DNA of 63,979 nucleotides, counting the filler, from Diploschistes diacapsis (Eukaryota): assembly GCA_023645945.1 (NCBI GenBank). It is 4 parts of 4 records of this genome, joined end to end, with 100 filler letters (N's around TTAATTAATTAA, not from the genome) between each part and the next. Parts side by side here need not be neighbours in the genome. Positions count along the whole stretch, not along the records: positions 16,331 to 32,499 come from JALAIB010000519.1; positions 32,600 to 48,725 come from JALAIB010000520.1; 2 more parts are not named here. The stretch is one strand, 5' to 3'. The notes under the pieces were generated by a model. The model saw only the letters and a program-made list of their open reading frames with translations. It was not told the origin of the DNA and did no database searches. Both the position numbers and the translations under genes were made by a program. Below, piece after piece: positions 22,806-33,447 of the stretch (position 1 is the first letter of the stretch; every line of letters starts with the position of its first letter).

Positions 22806-25800
22806 ATGATTCCACACAAACGCCCTCGCATCACGGAAAGTAGCATGTCGCCTGATATGGCTAGTCGAGACATGGAAACGAGTAACTCTACTTTGCAGAG
22901 GTTCTTGGGTCCGGCAAGAAAGCCTTGGATGACTGGAGGTGTTACGGGCGTATCGAGCAGCGGCTCCGCATTGCAAGCTCCTTACCCAGAGCCTCCTCCC
23001 TCGGAAACCCATCCCGTAGCGCCTCGTGGAAGACCTCGTGGAAGACCACGCGTAAGGCCTCCAGGAAGACTTGCAGATAGGGGCTTGGTTCACATCAACA
23101 GGACAGTACAGCAGAGACCGGAAGTGAATTCATCCGTGCAAGACGTTCTTCCTATTATTGAACCGTCCACACGTATAAATTCAGCATGCCGAGCGACAAT
23201 CTCACCAACAGCCTCAACTACAATGAGTGTACAATCTCAATCCAGTGGTCAAAGGAACAACACAGACATTACTACTGATTCCGTTGTTGCTGACAAGGGT
23301 GTTACTACTAACGCCATCGATGTTGTTGCAGACGCGGACTGCAGTAGGCTTGAAGAGGCCATCACAATATCATCTCCTGATCCAAGTGAAGAAACAACAA
23401 ATGACAATCAAGTAACAACGGGAGAAAAAAACGTCTCCGGAGCGCCTCCCCATTCAACGACTTCGGCACGGCTCACTAGTCCGGCTGAAGCTCAGAGCAT
23501 CCATGGAAGTCTGAGGACTGTTGTGGCTATCAGTACGACTACCAATGGGCCTGCTCACCATGAAGCCGATACCGCGGCTGTCTCCACGAGCGCGCCTGCA
23601 ACATCAAATCCTGAACATGATAGGCTCAGGGAGCTTGCAGCGCGGTATGGCGGCGTCGACGAGCTGGAAAGACATCTGGGACTGGGCAGGCTGGCCAGGA
23701 CGTCCTCGGACTCCAATCCACAATCTCCAATAACGACACAAGCCTCTACAGATGCAACAATTACCCCTAATGTAAATGCGCAGGTCTCACAAAACATCTT
23801 GAGGAGCGCACCCCTGCCTGGTGATCAGGCTTTTCAGCCATCGATACGATCCCTCGGAGAAGGGAACGATGTAAATCCAGCAAGCTCTGGACCAAACCTC
23901 GCGCAGTCTGAGCAGCATGCAACGACCTCACCAGTCTTCCCTACAACTTTTATTCAGGCCGAGGCGCCACTGAACCCACCAGTCTCCCCCCACCACGCCA
24001 TTTTCGAAGGATTACAGAAAAGACTTGCTGACAGTTGGGAATTTTTGGCTCAATCAAGGACGACACATGCTCGTTCAAAGGGCCCTGAAGAATTTCGTTT
24101 GAGATTGTTGATGGAGGCCTGCCGAAACCATGACCAAGTCTTCCTAGAACTCCATCAGTTATACTGTCTGCTTAGCCATCCAGTGTTTTCCAGCCGCTAC
24201 AGCTTCCAGAAGGCAAAAGCCGGATGCGATGTGCTTAGTGGACTGCTCCTTCCGAACAATCTTCTTGAATACGCTTCTATAAACTGGTTTGCAAAGTTCC
24301 CACAGGTCGCTCCTCAGTCAGCCCAGGATTTCGAACGTATGTTTACTGGGACAGGAAATCGGCTTGGCGCCCTCGCTCAAAAGTGGCACGACTTCAGAGC
24401 GAGACACGTAACAAAGAATATTCCTCCCCATGTGAAAGATATCCAGGATATCTTAAAGGTTGATTCCCCGCTTCTGCAGCGTCTAATCTTTAGGTCCATC
24501 CTTCGCGGTTTTTGGCCAGGAGAGGAGGACACTTGCTTCGAGTCCTGCGCGCAAGTGTTTAGGGACAGCCAAAAGCAGTATACAAACTGGCTACGCACTT
24601 CGAATGGCGACGAGATGCCAGCTCAGAATGTACAGAACTGGCAAAATACTCTGTTAAGCAAGTACTCCGTTTGCGTGGCTGGTCATCGACACCATAATGT
24701 CTGTAGGGGTTCTCCAACAACCAACTCTCCAATCAACCCAAGTCACTACTCTGGAGGACAGCAAAGTTCTCCAACATCGGGCCTACCGCCAAGCCTACCG
24801 CAAGCCCTGCCACCTGCAAATCTGGATTATTACCTTGTTCCCTCACCGACCTCCCCAGGACAACCCCAATTTCCGGCAACTACCGCAACAGCACCTGGAC
24901 CGACCCAAAACTCTTATACTCAATACTATTCAAGCACAACGGTCAATGGCCCAAACCAACCAAGACGGCAAGATTCAAATACCGCTTTGCCCCGTCCCAG
25001 TCACTTTGTTCCACCGTCATGGACTACAAACCGTAGCATCCACAGCCCAGTAGCTGGATCATTCTTTCAAAATTCTATAGGCAGCCGCCCTAGCCCTCAA
25101 TCTACACATGTTGCTGGCCATATCCCTCAAGCAACTTCATCGTTGAATTCATCTCCTGGCGTTACCGGATCTTCACAGGTCCAGCAGCCTACTGTACGAC
25201 GTCAAAGCGGCCCGGGATCTGGGTCAGGGTCATGGCCTACGAGTTCCGAAGCCGAGGTTGTCTCCCACACTCGTGGGATCATCAATAGTCTCTCATCATC
25301 CCACGCATTACCGGTGTTGCCCAATAGAACACAAAACACGAACCCACTTCTTTTTCCCTATATTCCGTTGAGGAAGCAAAATGTCCAACAGCAAAATCAA
25401 CTCGGAATTCCTGCTCATCAGGCTCATCTCCGGGATGCCGTTTCCTTTTCGGTCTTTGGTAAGGCTTCTGGACCTGGAAGCGAAAGGATGTTTTCATACT
25501 TCAGTAAATTCGACTTTCAACCTGTCGTCATCAAGCCAACCACGCTCAATGCTAGAAATAAGTTTATGATCAATGCAGAAATGTATTCGAAGCTTCCACG
25601 ACTGAAGTCCGACACTGCACTTGGAGGTCCTCCGACACGGTGCTTGCATCTGGACTCGATACTATTGAGAGTACGATGCGTTCGGAACGGCGCTGGTGCC
25701 ACCTCAGAAGTAATGTCGGCGGCAGCATGGGCAGCAGCCGATACTGAATGGCCTCAATCGCTCACTCTGTTTATAAATGATCGGTATCAGCAAGTACGAA

Positions 25801-26465
25801 GGAAGACCGATTGGGGAAAGGATCTCGCGATCGATATCTCTTCAATCGTGAAGGAAGGCGAGAACACCATGCGAGTCTCGTTGTTGCAAGGCTCACAAGT
25901 TCAAGACCGCAAAGTCTGCTACGCGTTGGCAATCGAGATATTGTCGATCGGCAATGTAGACTCTGTGAAGAAGCAGGTGCAGGAGCTGGAGTCTTCTGAG
26001 ACCAGACAACGTATCCGCAGGCAGCTCAATAGCGCCGATGACGAGATCGAAATCATCTCAAACGAGCTGGTCATCAAAATCACCGACCCATTCTCTTCGC
26101 AGTTGCTGCAGAATCCCGTCCGCGGTAAGGACTGTGTCCATTACGAGTGCTTCGATCTGGATATCTTCCTGCAGACGCGAAAGACGAGCGATCTTCTGCC
26201 CGAGCAGTTCCGCTGTCCCATCTGCGGCTGCGACGCCCGACCAAGCAACTTGCAGACAGATAATTGGTTTGTGGAAATCTTGGCGAAGATAAAGGAGACT
26301 GGCGAGGACGCCAGAGCGATCATAGTCAACAAGGAGGCGGAGTGGAGAGTCAAAGAGGAAGAGAAAGAGGGCGAGAGCGGAGACGGCACAGGAGTCAAGA
26401 ACGTCGCGCAGGATCATACCCCGGGGCTTGCGGGCTCGGCACCCGACATCATTGAGTTAGACTAA
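22806..26465 (+). CDS. MIZ/SP-RING zinc-finger protein (ZMIZ/Siz-like, putative SUMO E3), 1219 aa
   Basis: C-terminal DPFS..L..PVRGKDCVHYECFDL..F....FRCPICG. AT-hook-like PRGRPRGRPR near the N-terminus, long S/P/Q-rich disordered regions, terminal SIM-like DIIELD. Confidence 0.88.
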   Translation: MIPHKRPRITESSMSPDMASRDMETSNSTLQRFLGPARKPWMTGGVTGVSSSGSALQAPYPEPPPSETHPVAPRGRPRGRPRVRPPGRLADRGLVHINRTVQQRPEVNSSVQDVLPIIEPSTRINSACRATISPTASTTMSVQSQSSGQRNNTDITTDSVVADKGVTTNAIDVVADADCSRLEEAITISSPDPSEETTNDNQVTTGEKNVSGAPPHSTTSARLTSPAEAQSIHGSLRTVVAISTTTNGPAHHEADTAAVSTSAPATSNPEHDRLRELAARYGGVDELERHLGLGRLARTSSDSNPQSPITTQASTDATITPNVNAQVSQNILRSAPLPGDQAFQPSIRSLGEGNDVNPASSGPNLAQSEQHATTSPVFPTTFIQAEAPLNPPVSPHHAIFEGLQKRLADSWEFLAQSRTTHARSKGPEEFRLRLLMEACRNHDQVFLELHQLYCLLSHPVFSSRYSFQKAKAGCDVLSGLLLPNNLLEYASINWFAKFPQVAPQSAQDFERMFTGTGNRLGALAQKWHDFRARHVTKNIPPHVKDIQDILKVDSPLLQRLIFRSILRGFWPGEEDTCFESCAQVFRDSQKQYTNWLRTSNGDEMPAQNVQNWQNTLLSKYSVCVAGHRHHNVCRGSPTTNSPINPSHYSGGQQSSPTSGLPPSLPQALPPANLDYYLVPSPTSPGQPQFPATTATAPGPTQNSYTQYYSSTTVNGPNQPRRQDSNTALPRPSHFVPPSWTTNRSIHSPVAGSFFQNSIGSRPSPQSTHVAGHIPQATSSLNSSPGVTGSSQVQQPTVRRQSGPGSGSGSWPTSSEAEVVSHTRGIINSLSSSHALPVLPNRTQNTNPLLFPYIPLRKQNVQQQNQLGIPAHQAHLRDAVSFSVFGKASGPGSERMFSYFSKFDFQPVVIKPTTLNARNKFMINAEMYSKLPRLKSDTALGGPPTRCLHLDSILLRVRCVRNGAGATSEVMSAAAWAAADTEWPQSLTLFINDRYQQVRRKTDWGKDLAIDISSIVKEGENTMRVSLLQGSQVQDRKVCYALAIEILSIGNVDSVKKQVQELESSETRQRIRRQLNSADDEIEIISNELVIKITDPFSSQLLQNPVRGKDCVHYECFDLDIFLQTRKTSDLLPEQFRCPICGCDARPSNLQTDNWFVEILAKIKETGEDARAIIVNKEAEWRVKEEEKEGESGDGTGVKNVAQDHTPGLAGSAPDIIELD

Positions 26466-26717
26466 TGTGGAGAGCCTCTTGCTCTGCATCATTTGCGTTA
26501 ATTGATAGCGGACAGGACAACGTGGGTGCATGGATATTCTAGAGGGAGTATGTGGCTTGAGTAGTTTGCTATTCGCAACTCTCCGTGGGGATATCTTATT
26601 AGCCTATGAAAGATATCTGATGGCTTTGCTTTCAGTAGCGGAGAGATACCCATAATCATAGCCAGTTCTATAACAATACCATTGCGAGAGTCTTAGAATT
26701 GTTACAAACTTTTGCTA

Positions 26718-26917
26718 ACGTGTTTCACCACGAAACGGAACACCCCACGAAGCGGAACACTACATTATAATGTAATTGCGCTAGATCGAGCCCTTCCATA
26801 TTTGCACGAAGCTAAATCTGTTCTCAACTACACTACCCCACTCTTCGGCCTTTTTTTGATTACATTATAATGTAGTGTTCCGCTTTGTGGTGTGTTCCGT
26901 TGTGTGGTGGAACACGT
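26718..26917. mobile_element. MITE, pogo/Fot1-type, 200 bp with 59-bp TIRs and TA flanks
   Basis: 26718-26776 and 26859-26917 are reverse complements with about 5 mismatches. Both start ACGTGTT and are flanked by TA (26716-17, 26918-19). No coding capacity. Confidence 0.9.
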
Positions 26918-27338
26918 TAGGAATCATTCGACAGCAGGGAGAAGGCGGGCCGACCCGGGAATCCAGTATAACACGTGATCTGTGCGCAATGCCAAGCATG
27001 GGCGGCGATAAGGCTTAGCCCAGCACTGTGGAGCGGAGAACCCGGGTGGATTTTGTTCCAAGCTCCCGACACCCCAAGCCCCACGGTTGCCCTCCAACCC
27101 CCCCACCAGCCACCAAACGTCACGACTTCTTGGACTTCCACGTGACTGCGCCCGAAGAAGTTCAACAACTGGCATCTTAACTGACTGACCACTGCACTTT
27201 CCTTTTAGGGGGCATCTTTGCTACCTACTAGATCTTTTCGCTCTTTAGTCCGCTCTTCTTGTTCTTTACTGTACAATTAAAATTACATGGCCGTCTAAAT
27301 CGAGAGAGATTGTCCGATTCTTCGTAACGGGGCGTGCA

Positions 27339-28406
27339 ATGGCCTCTAATTACAACATTTCAAGCAGCCCAAGCAAGAAACAGCAAGACCGAGAGAAGAC
27401 GCCGACATCTCCAGCTGCTACATCTACGGTGCTCTCCGGACCCAATGCTGGCGAACGTCTTGCCTCATACTTTGAGAACTTCTTCACGGCAATCATTGGA
27501 ATATCAACCCTAGGAGCTTCGCTCACCTTTAGCAAGATCATCCAAGCACCCGTACAACCCTGGATTGACTATGGTGTCGGTGCCGACTCGGTACAGCTCT
27601 ATATGTCTATTTCGTGGCTGCTCTTCTTGCTGGCTCTGGTCATTACTTCGGCACTAGCCAGCTTGCTAAGTCTGTACCGACCGCAAGCAGTAGACGCGTT
27701 TGGAACCAAAATCCATGAATGGAAGACGAGGGTCATGTGGGTAGCAACTTTCACCTCATTGCTGCTGATCACCCTTATCTTCGGATCTTTCATCTTCCTC
27801 AGCCTGGTGGTCGTGGCCTATTCCGGGCCAGTGGGCTGGATCACTTTGGGCTGCTCCATCTTCTTTGGAGTACTTGCCATTGCGGGGATCATCTGGCAAA
27901 GCCCGCTGGAGTGGCCACAGTGGCTTTTACCAAAGTCCAAGACAGACCCTACGCGGATAAATTCGCTGCCATCGACAAGGGTTCCGTCTTTACCGGCTTA
28001 TCCAAACTATGGCCCTGACCCATTCCTACGGCATGCTCGATTGCACGGCTCATTACGGCATAAAAAATCGTTCAACGACCTACAGCATACAAGTGAGAAC
28101 GACGATGAGGGAAAGGACTTTGAGAACTACATTGGGAGGGCTGAGAAGGGAGGGTCAAGAACAAGTGGAGGATACGTCGATGATGGGTATGGCAGGGATC
28201 CGCCACCGCCACGGAAGGAGTTTCGGCACGACAGGAGAGAGCGGTATAGCGGCGGCGACCACTACACGCAGTATAATCGGGAGAACAGATACAGTGGGAC
28301 GAGCACGTTGGTGCCTGGTGCATACGACGAGAATAAGCGGTGGAGCAATACGATACCCCCTGTACGGAACAGTGGCCAGAGACCATATTGTTCAGATGGC
28401 TTTTAG
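27339..28406 (+). CDS. Hypothetical membrane protein (about 4 TM helices plus a hydrophilic C-terminal tail)
   Basis: 355-aa ORF with good start context (GCAATGG) and four hydrophobic segments in residues ~45-185; family not recognised. Confidence 0.8.
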   Translation: MASNYNISSSPSKKQQDREKTPTSPAATSTVLSGPNAGERLASYFENFFTAIIGISTLGASLTFSKIIQAPVQPWIDYGVGADSVQLYMSISWLLFLLALVITSALASLLSLYRPQAVDAFGTKIHEWKTRVMWVATFTSLLLITLIFGSFIFLSLVVVAYSGPVGWITLGCSIFFGVLAIAGIIWQSPLEWPQWLLPKSKTDPTRINSLPSTRVPSLPAYPNYGPDPFLRHARLHGSLRHKKSFNDLQHTSENDDEGKDFENYIGRAEKGGSRTSGGYVDDGYGRDPPPPRKEFRHDRRERYSGGDHYTQYNRENRYSGTSTLVPGAYDENKRWSNTIPPVRNSGQRPYCSDGF

Positions 28407-28974
28407 ACCGGGTTGAGACTTTTTCAGAGCCTCGATGGCTTCGGAGCTTCTACTGTATGATATAATCCAACGTTTATTACCTTTTGCTGAACTTCTCTTC
28501 ATTCGTCCTCCATTAGAGACGCCTTTCCCTTGTGACTAATGGCTAGCAAGGAGCTGGTAAGATTGCCGGACCAAGGAAACCGACTATAATAAGGTTACGA
28601 AGTGATTAGCATGGACTCATATCAGTGTCATTACATGGTAGCACTTTCAGATTCAGCTTAGTCGCTTGAATCAGGAATAGTCACGGTTTCTTTCAGACAT
28701 GCTCATAGCTGTCGTAAGTACATTCCATTGGCTACAGCATGGTTGGGCTCAATTTTTACCTGCAAGACACCGAAAACAAACCATTCCCGTCGATGTGCCC
28801 ATGTCGTTACTTCGAGATACTCTTGCAAGCTCTAACACGCTTCTCACAGATACACTACCATAGCTCGGATTAAACTTATCTGACGGTTTCGGATATTCGT
28901 ATTATTGGAGGAGCAAGTCATCTTCAGAATCCAAACGATTAAGCTAAGCTTTTTATTGAGTTGGACCGGTTAAA

Positions 28975-30005
28975 ATGGATGAGGTCACGGTTGAAGAGCT
29001 GGTCGAAGCATTCGGTGAGCCAAATAGCGACACGCTTCTAAGTAAAGCTCAGCCATGACAAGAAACTCAGGGAGATTGTGAAAGAGCTCAGGAAGGGGTT
29101 CGAAGCTCTGCTACGCAGGAATATCAGAATCACAAGGCTGCGCAACCCAATTCGGCACTCCTGCTCAGGCCTGGGTTCTAAACTCCCGTCAGCAGATGAT
29201 ACGGCTCGCGTTCTGAATAATACTGGATCTGAATTCTGGACGCACTCAGATTATCTGACTAGAGCTGCTTGCCGAATGATTCTTGAAAGTAGCCACTGGA
29301 TATTTGAAATGCGAGAGATTAATGTGTATACAATCTTGGCGGCACGGTTGTATCTCATGTTTAAAATGAATGAATCGAAGTGGCTGATCATCGAGACGAG
29401 TGTTAGTATAAACATTTATCTACCGAATCTGATACTCAAGTCTGACCGGCTAATTATTCTAGGTGAGGCACTCGAGCAACAGCAACGAAAAAAAGGGGCG
29501 AAACCTAGAAAGATTGAGCCCAGCTCCAACTTCGAAGAAACGCAGTTACAACGAGTACTTTTATTTTGACAGACGACGAGCCTTTTTTCAAAATCACATT
29601 CCTCGCCGCGCAAACGCTCAACCGCGGTCAATACTACCCCCAGCAATGCTCAGCTTCAACTCAACAACCACTCTTACCAAGCCTGACAATCGCAAAGTCA
29701 ACCTCCTGCGCAATGAGCTTCAGGGAATTCGCAAAGACATAGAGGATCTCAGAAGTCAGCAGCAAAGCACCAAGCAAATTAAATATGCACAGGCAGCTGC
29801 CGTACGGTCTAAAGAGCTCGAACTCCGGAAACTTGAGGGGAACATTGAAAGGGTGAGAAACATGTACGAGGAAGCACGGCGGCGGTATCCGGAGACCAAG
29901 ACCAAATTGGCGGCTATTGAAGACAAGCTAAAGGAAGCGGAGGAGATGGGGGTTCTCAAACCAGAGATGATAAAGGATTATGGGGGCGAGCCGATAACCC
30001 GGTGA
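28975..30005 (+). pseudogene. Uncharacterised coiled-coil protein, paralogue A, with a +1 frameshift near 29044; intron 29402-29462
   Basis: MDEVTVEELVEAFGEPNSDTLLSK continues as LSHDKKLREIVKELRKGFE only if one A is removed from AGTAAAGCTC. A phase-0 intron joins ORFs 29078 and 29463. Homologous to the gene at 30811. Confidence 0.7.
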
Positions 30006-30810
30006 GGCTATGGTATGTGATATGCCCATGGAATTGTCTTAACCTGACATTTTCTTCGTATAGCTCTACTCCCAACCTACAATGCGCGTTGAACTTTGAG
30101 CTTAACCGTGTCGAGGAGACTTGAGTGCTTCTTTGATTCTATTAATGGTACCACTGATACTCTGCTGCTCCTTGTTGCTCTAATCTCCTACATTCTACGA
30201 CGCGCATGTCTGCGATTGTGAAATGTCTATGCCCTGTTGAGCTGCTATCCAGCTGTTAGGATAATTCGAGTTCGATTTCCTTGACGATATGTTAGAGCCT
30301 GGTGAGGACGAAGCCAACGCTAAAGATGACCCATTTACAAGAATACCACGAGCAAAGTGAGGTCGAATAACCGTTCGCTCAAGTCTAACATATGCTAGAT
30401 ATTGAGTCATGCCGTGATCCTAGTTGAAGGGGGATATTTCGCTTCAGTAATGCTTCTACCACTGGAGCAAGCAAATTTAGGGCCATTCAAAGTGAGTTTT
30501 CTTAAGTGTTTACAAAGTTGTTTTCCCTACCCCAAGAGACATGCGAAGTTCTTAAGTAAATAAATCAGAGTCCTTCAAGATGTGTTTCATTCAGTACCCG
30601 CACACTCGATGTCCTGCCTCAAGATAGCCAAACTCGTCACTTTCGTATCATGCTTCCTTCCGATCCTCAATCCCACATACCAGTTTTCACTTCTTTCTGA
30701 ATTGCACAGAAGAAGGAAAACGCTTCTCTCGAACATTTTGAGCAATAGTTACGACATCTATTTCAAAAGCCTCGTGGCTACGCAGTAAATCTCAGCGCTA
30801 TAATCGAAAG

Positions 30811-31900
30811 ATGGCATATATGGGCGAGGAATTTCATATCTCAGAGGTCGCTGCAGCATTTGGTGAACCTCATGTCGATGCTCTGCTTGAAAAACTTTCA
30901 GCAGATCCAGAGCTTCAACGGATCCAGCGAGAGCTAAAACACGACCTGCAGAAACGATTCAACTATTTTAATCTAAATAGAAGAAGTACCAGAAGACGCA
31001 CTAGAAGCACCAGGAGCACCAGTCCTACAGTGTCTGAGCAGCGAATCCGGGAGGCTCTCGAATACAAATCTGAAAGAGTTCGGCTCCGGAGAAAAACTCA
31101 CTTCGCTTCTTGGTCGTCTGCTCTTCACTTTGCCAGAGCAGTCTTGCTGGCTATTGATGGTAGCGACCAGCCGATTTTTAAGAGCCGCAAGATTAATGAC
31201 ACGACTCTGCGAGCCGCAAGCTGGCTATTTCTATATTGGAATAGATCGGAAACCAAGGAAGCTCGAAAGGTAAGCATAAACTCATTGTGTCACTTGGAAG
31301 CGGATGGACTTTAATTGCATTATGTAGAATGATGAGTCTAGCCCTTCAGACGTTTCTACTCCATGCCCGAAGAGGCGGATACTGGTCATGAAGAAAGGAA
31401 CGCATCAATCTGATGGAAATGACGGATTAGAGCTGATATCCGCAGCAGAGTTTGCGAAAAATGTCTCGGGGACCACGATCCCAATTGATGGGAAACAATG
31501 CGGCCCAGCGATGAGATCGGAAGAATCTTCATCCAACAATAGACCGAAGCCTCCCAATAGCCGCAAGTGCGAATTCTTGAAAAATTGCCTACATAGCATC
31601 CGGGCATCCATTGTTGATCGGAGGGAGAAAGAAGAAGGCTACGCAAATGAAAAGAAAATTGGCCAGAGTACTATGATCTCTATGCGAGGTCAATTAGACT
31701 CCAAGCAGAGAGAAGTAGACCAGAAGGAGCAAGAGCTTCTTGCACTCAGAGAAGAACTCCAGAAGGTCAACGAGGAATTCAACGCCGTTCAGCAAAAGCA
31801 CGATCATGCAGAAGAGCAGCGCCTGCAGATGCACCGTGAACTTGTCCAAGCTAGGGAGATGGAGATTATCCAAGAGGAGATGCTGCACGATTACCAGTAA
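30811..31900 (+). CDS. Uncharacterised coiled-coil protein, paralogue B; intron 31270-31327 (a further exon to ~32124 is possible)
   Basis: Phase-0 intron GTAAGC..TAG joins ORF 30811 in frame to ORF 31388; E/Q/K-rich heptad C-terminus. A GTAAGT..CTAAT..CAG signal overlapping the stop suggests one more exon. Confidence 0.75.
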
Positions 31901-32499
31901 GTGAGTTTCGGTTCCCGAGAAAGCCAACTCACCACATGCATTAGAACGATTTTGCCCTAATCGCCAGCTTACGAAGCTCTTCAATTCACGGAGCCGGATG
32001 GGGGAAATACTTGAGGACCGGACAGTTTGTGTTGGACGAAACGGGAGACAGTGAGGAATATGAGTACTTGGGAAGCTTGAACCGTGACCGGAGGGTGTTC
32101 GCCACCAAGGTTGCAAGAGCGTAGCTCACGTCTGCACGATCGTATATCGAGCAGCTTTTTTTGAGAAGACTTCGAATGGGAAGTGCCGAAGAACGAACCC
32201 CCGGAGGTACCTGATATGGGCCCGAGTCTAGCCAATACTACAAACCAAAACAGATCCCTACCAGTCTTGAGGACGAACCCCACTCTGCCCCTATCGCTCG
32301 AGCCAGCACCATCCTTCCCAAGCTCTGACCTTCTTTATCTTTTAATCTACAGCTTACCACTTGCATGAACCCAGTTCGCCCGCAAAACCATGCTGATATG
32401 CACAACAACATAGCCGTCTTCCCCTGACCGCATCGCTCGCCAATCTTCCTTTCTCTACTCGCCCAACCCAAGCCCTCCATATACCAACACCCCCCTCTC

Positions 32500-32599
32500 N
32501 NNNNNNNNNNNNNNNNNNNNNNNNNNNNNNNNNNNNNNNNNNNTTAATTAATTAANNNNNNNNNNNNNNNNNNNNNNNNNNNNNNNNNNNNNNNNNNNN
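32500..32599. other. Artificial contig spacer
   Basis: 44 N + TTAATTAATTAA + 44 N. Confidence 0.98.
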
Positions 32600-33245
32600 G
32601 AAGAGTAGGGAAGGGAAAGGGTGGGATGTAGGAAGGGATGAGGTAACGCGGTGGGTTGGTGTTCTTGGGGTTCTAATATGAGCCGCATTGAGGCTGGAGT
32701 CTGTTGCGGTAGGCGATCTGCTTGAGATCTATTTGGATCTCATTAGGTGCCTTGCTGCGAGCCAGATTTCCGGTGGCGTTGGACGGGTTCATGTCATTTT
32801 GTCAGCATGGGATGGGATTTGGATGGGATGGGATGGGGACTGGACGGGACGGGACAGTATACCCTTTTTGTTACAGCATTTCTGTTCTAAGAAGTAGCGC
32901 AATGAATCTCGTTGTTTTAATGTGAAGACCGAATGTGAGATCGGGATGTAGGCGGGTGGCTTGCTCCTAACGGGCCTAAGAACGATCGATGTACTAGACG
33001 CTCCTCCTGCTCATGGATATGTGCGTGCGGTGAGTCTAGCTCAATTCGCTTTTCTGTCTTCGATGAATCCAACGCGTGTGAATGGAGACAAGGCGTCGAG
33101 TTGGGACGCACTCTAAGAGTCCTGGAGCAATGTGCTATGCTAGGAATATGTAGTCATTGTGAAGTGATGTATAGCTAAGCATTTGTTCAATCTCTGAATA
33201 TCCATTATTTTTGAAGCTCCTATCCAGCCAGGCCAGACACAGATC

Positions 33246-33279
33246 TCAGCATTCAGCATTCAGCATTCAGCATTCAGCA
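33246..33279. repeat. (TCAGCAT)n heptamer repeat
   Basis: About five tandem copies downstream of the CCCH gene. Confidence 0.85.
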
Positions 33280-33447
33280 CCACTTCAGGTGGTGCCGGAG
33301 ATACCAGTGCATAGTGTAAGCACAGCTCGGCGCAGCATATAGGAGCTTTCCCTGTATTCTTCAGGAGAGCCTCCCAGTGTAAGAAAAGCACAACCTAAGT
33401 CTACCCTCCGCTCTCCGCATACCGTAGCACTCTGTTCCCTGAGCACT

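Noticed and set aside
26718..26917. Repeat-spacer-like look suggesting CRISPR or a structured RNA gene
   Set aside because: Eukaryotic context, only two inverted arms with TA flanks; a MITE explains it.
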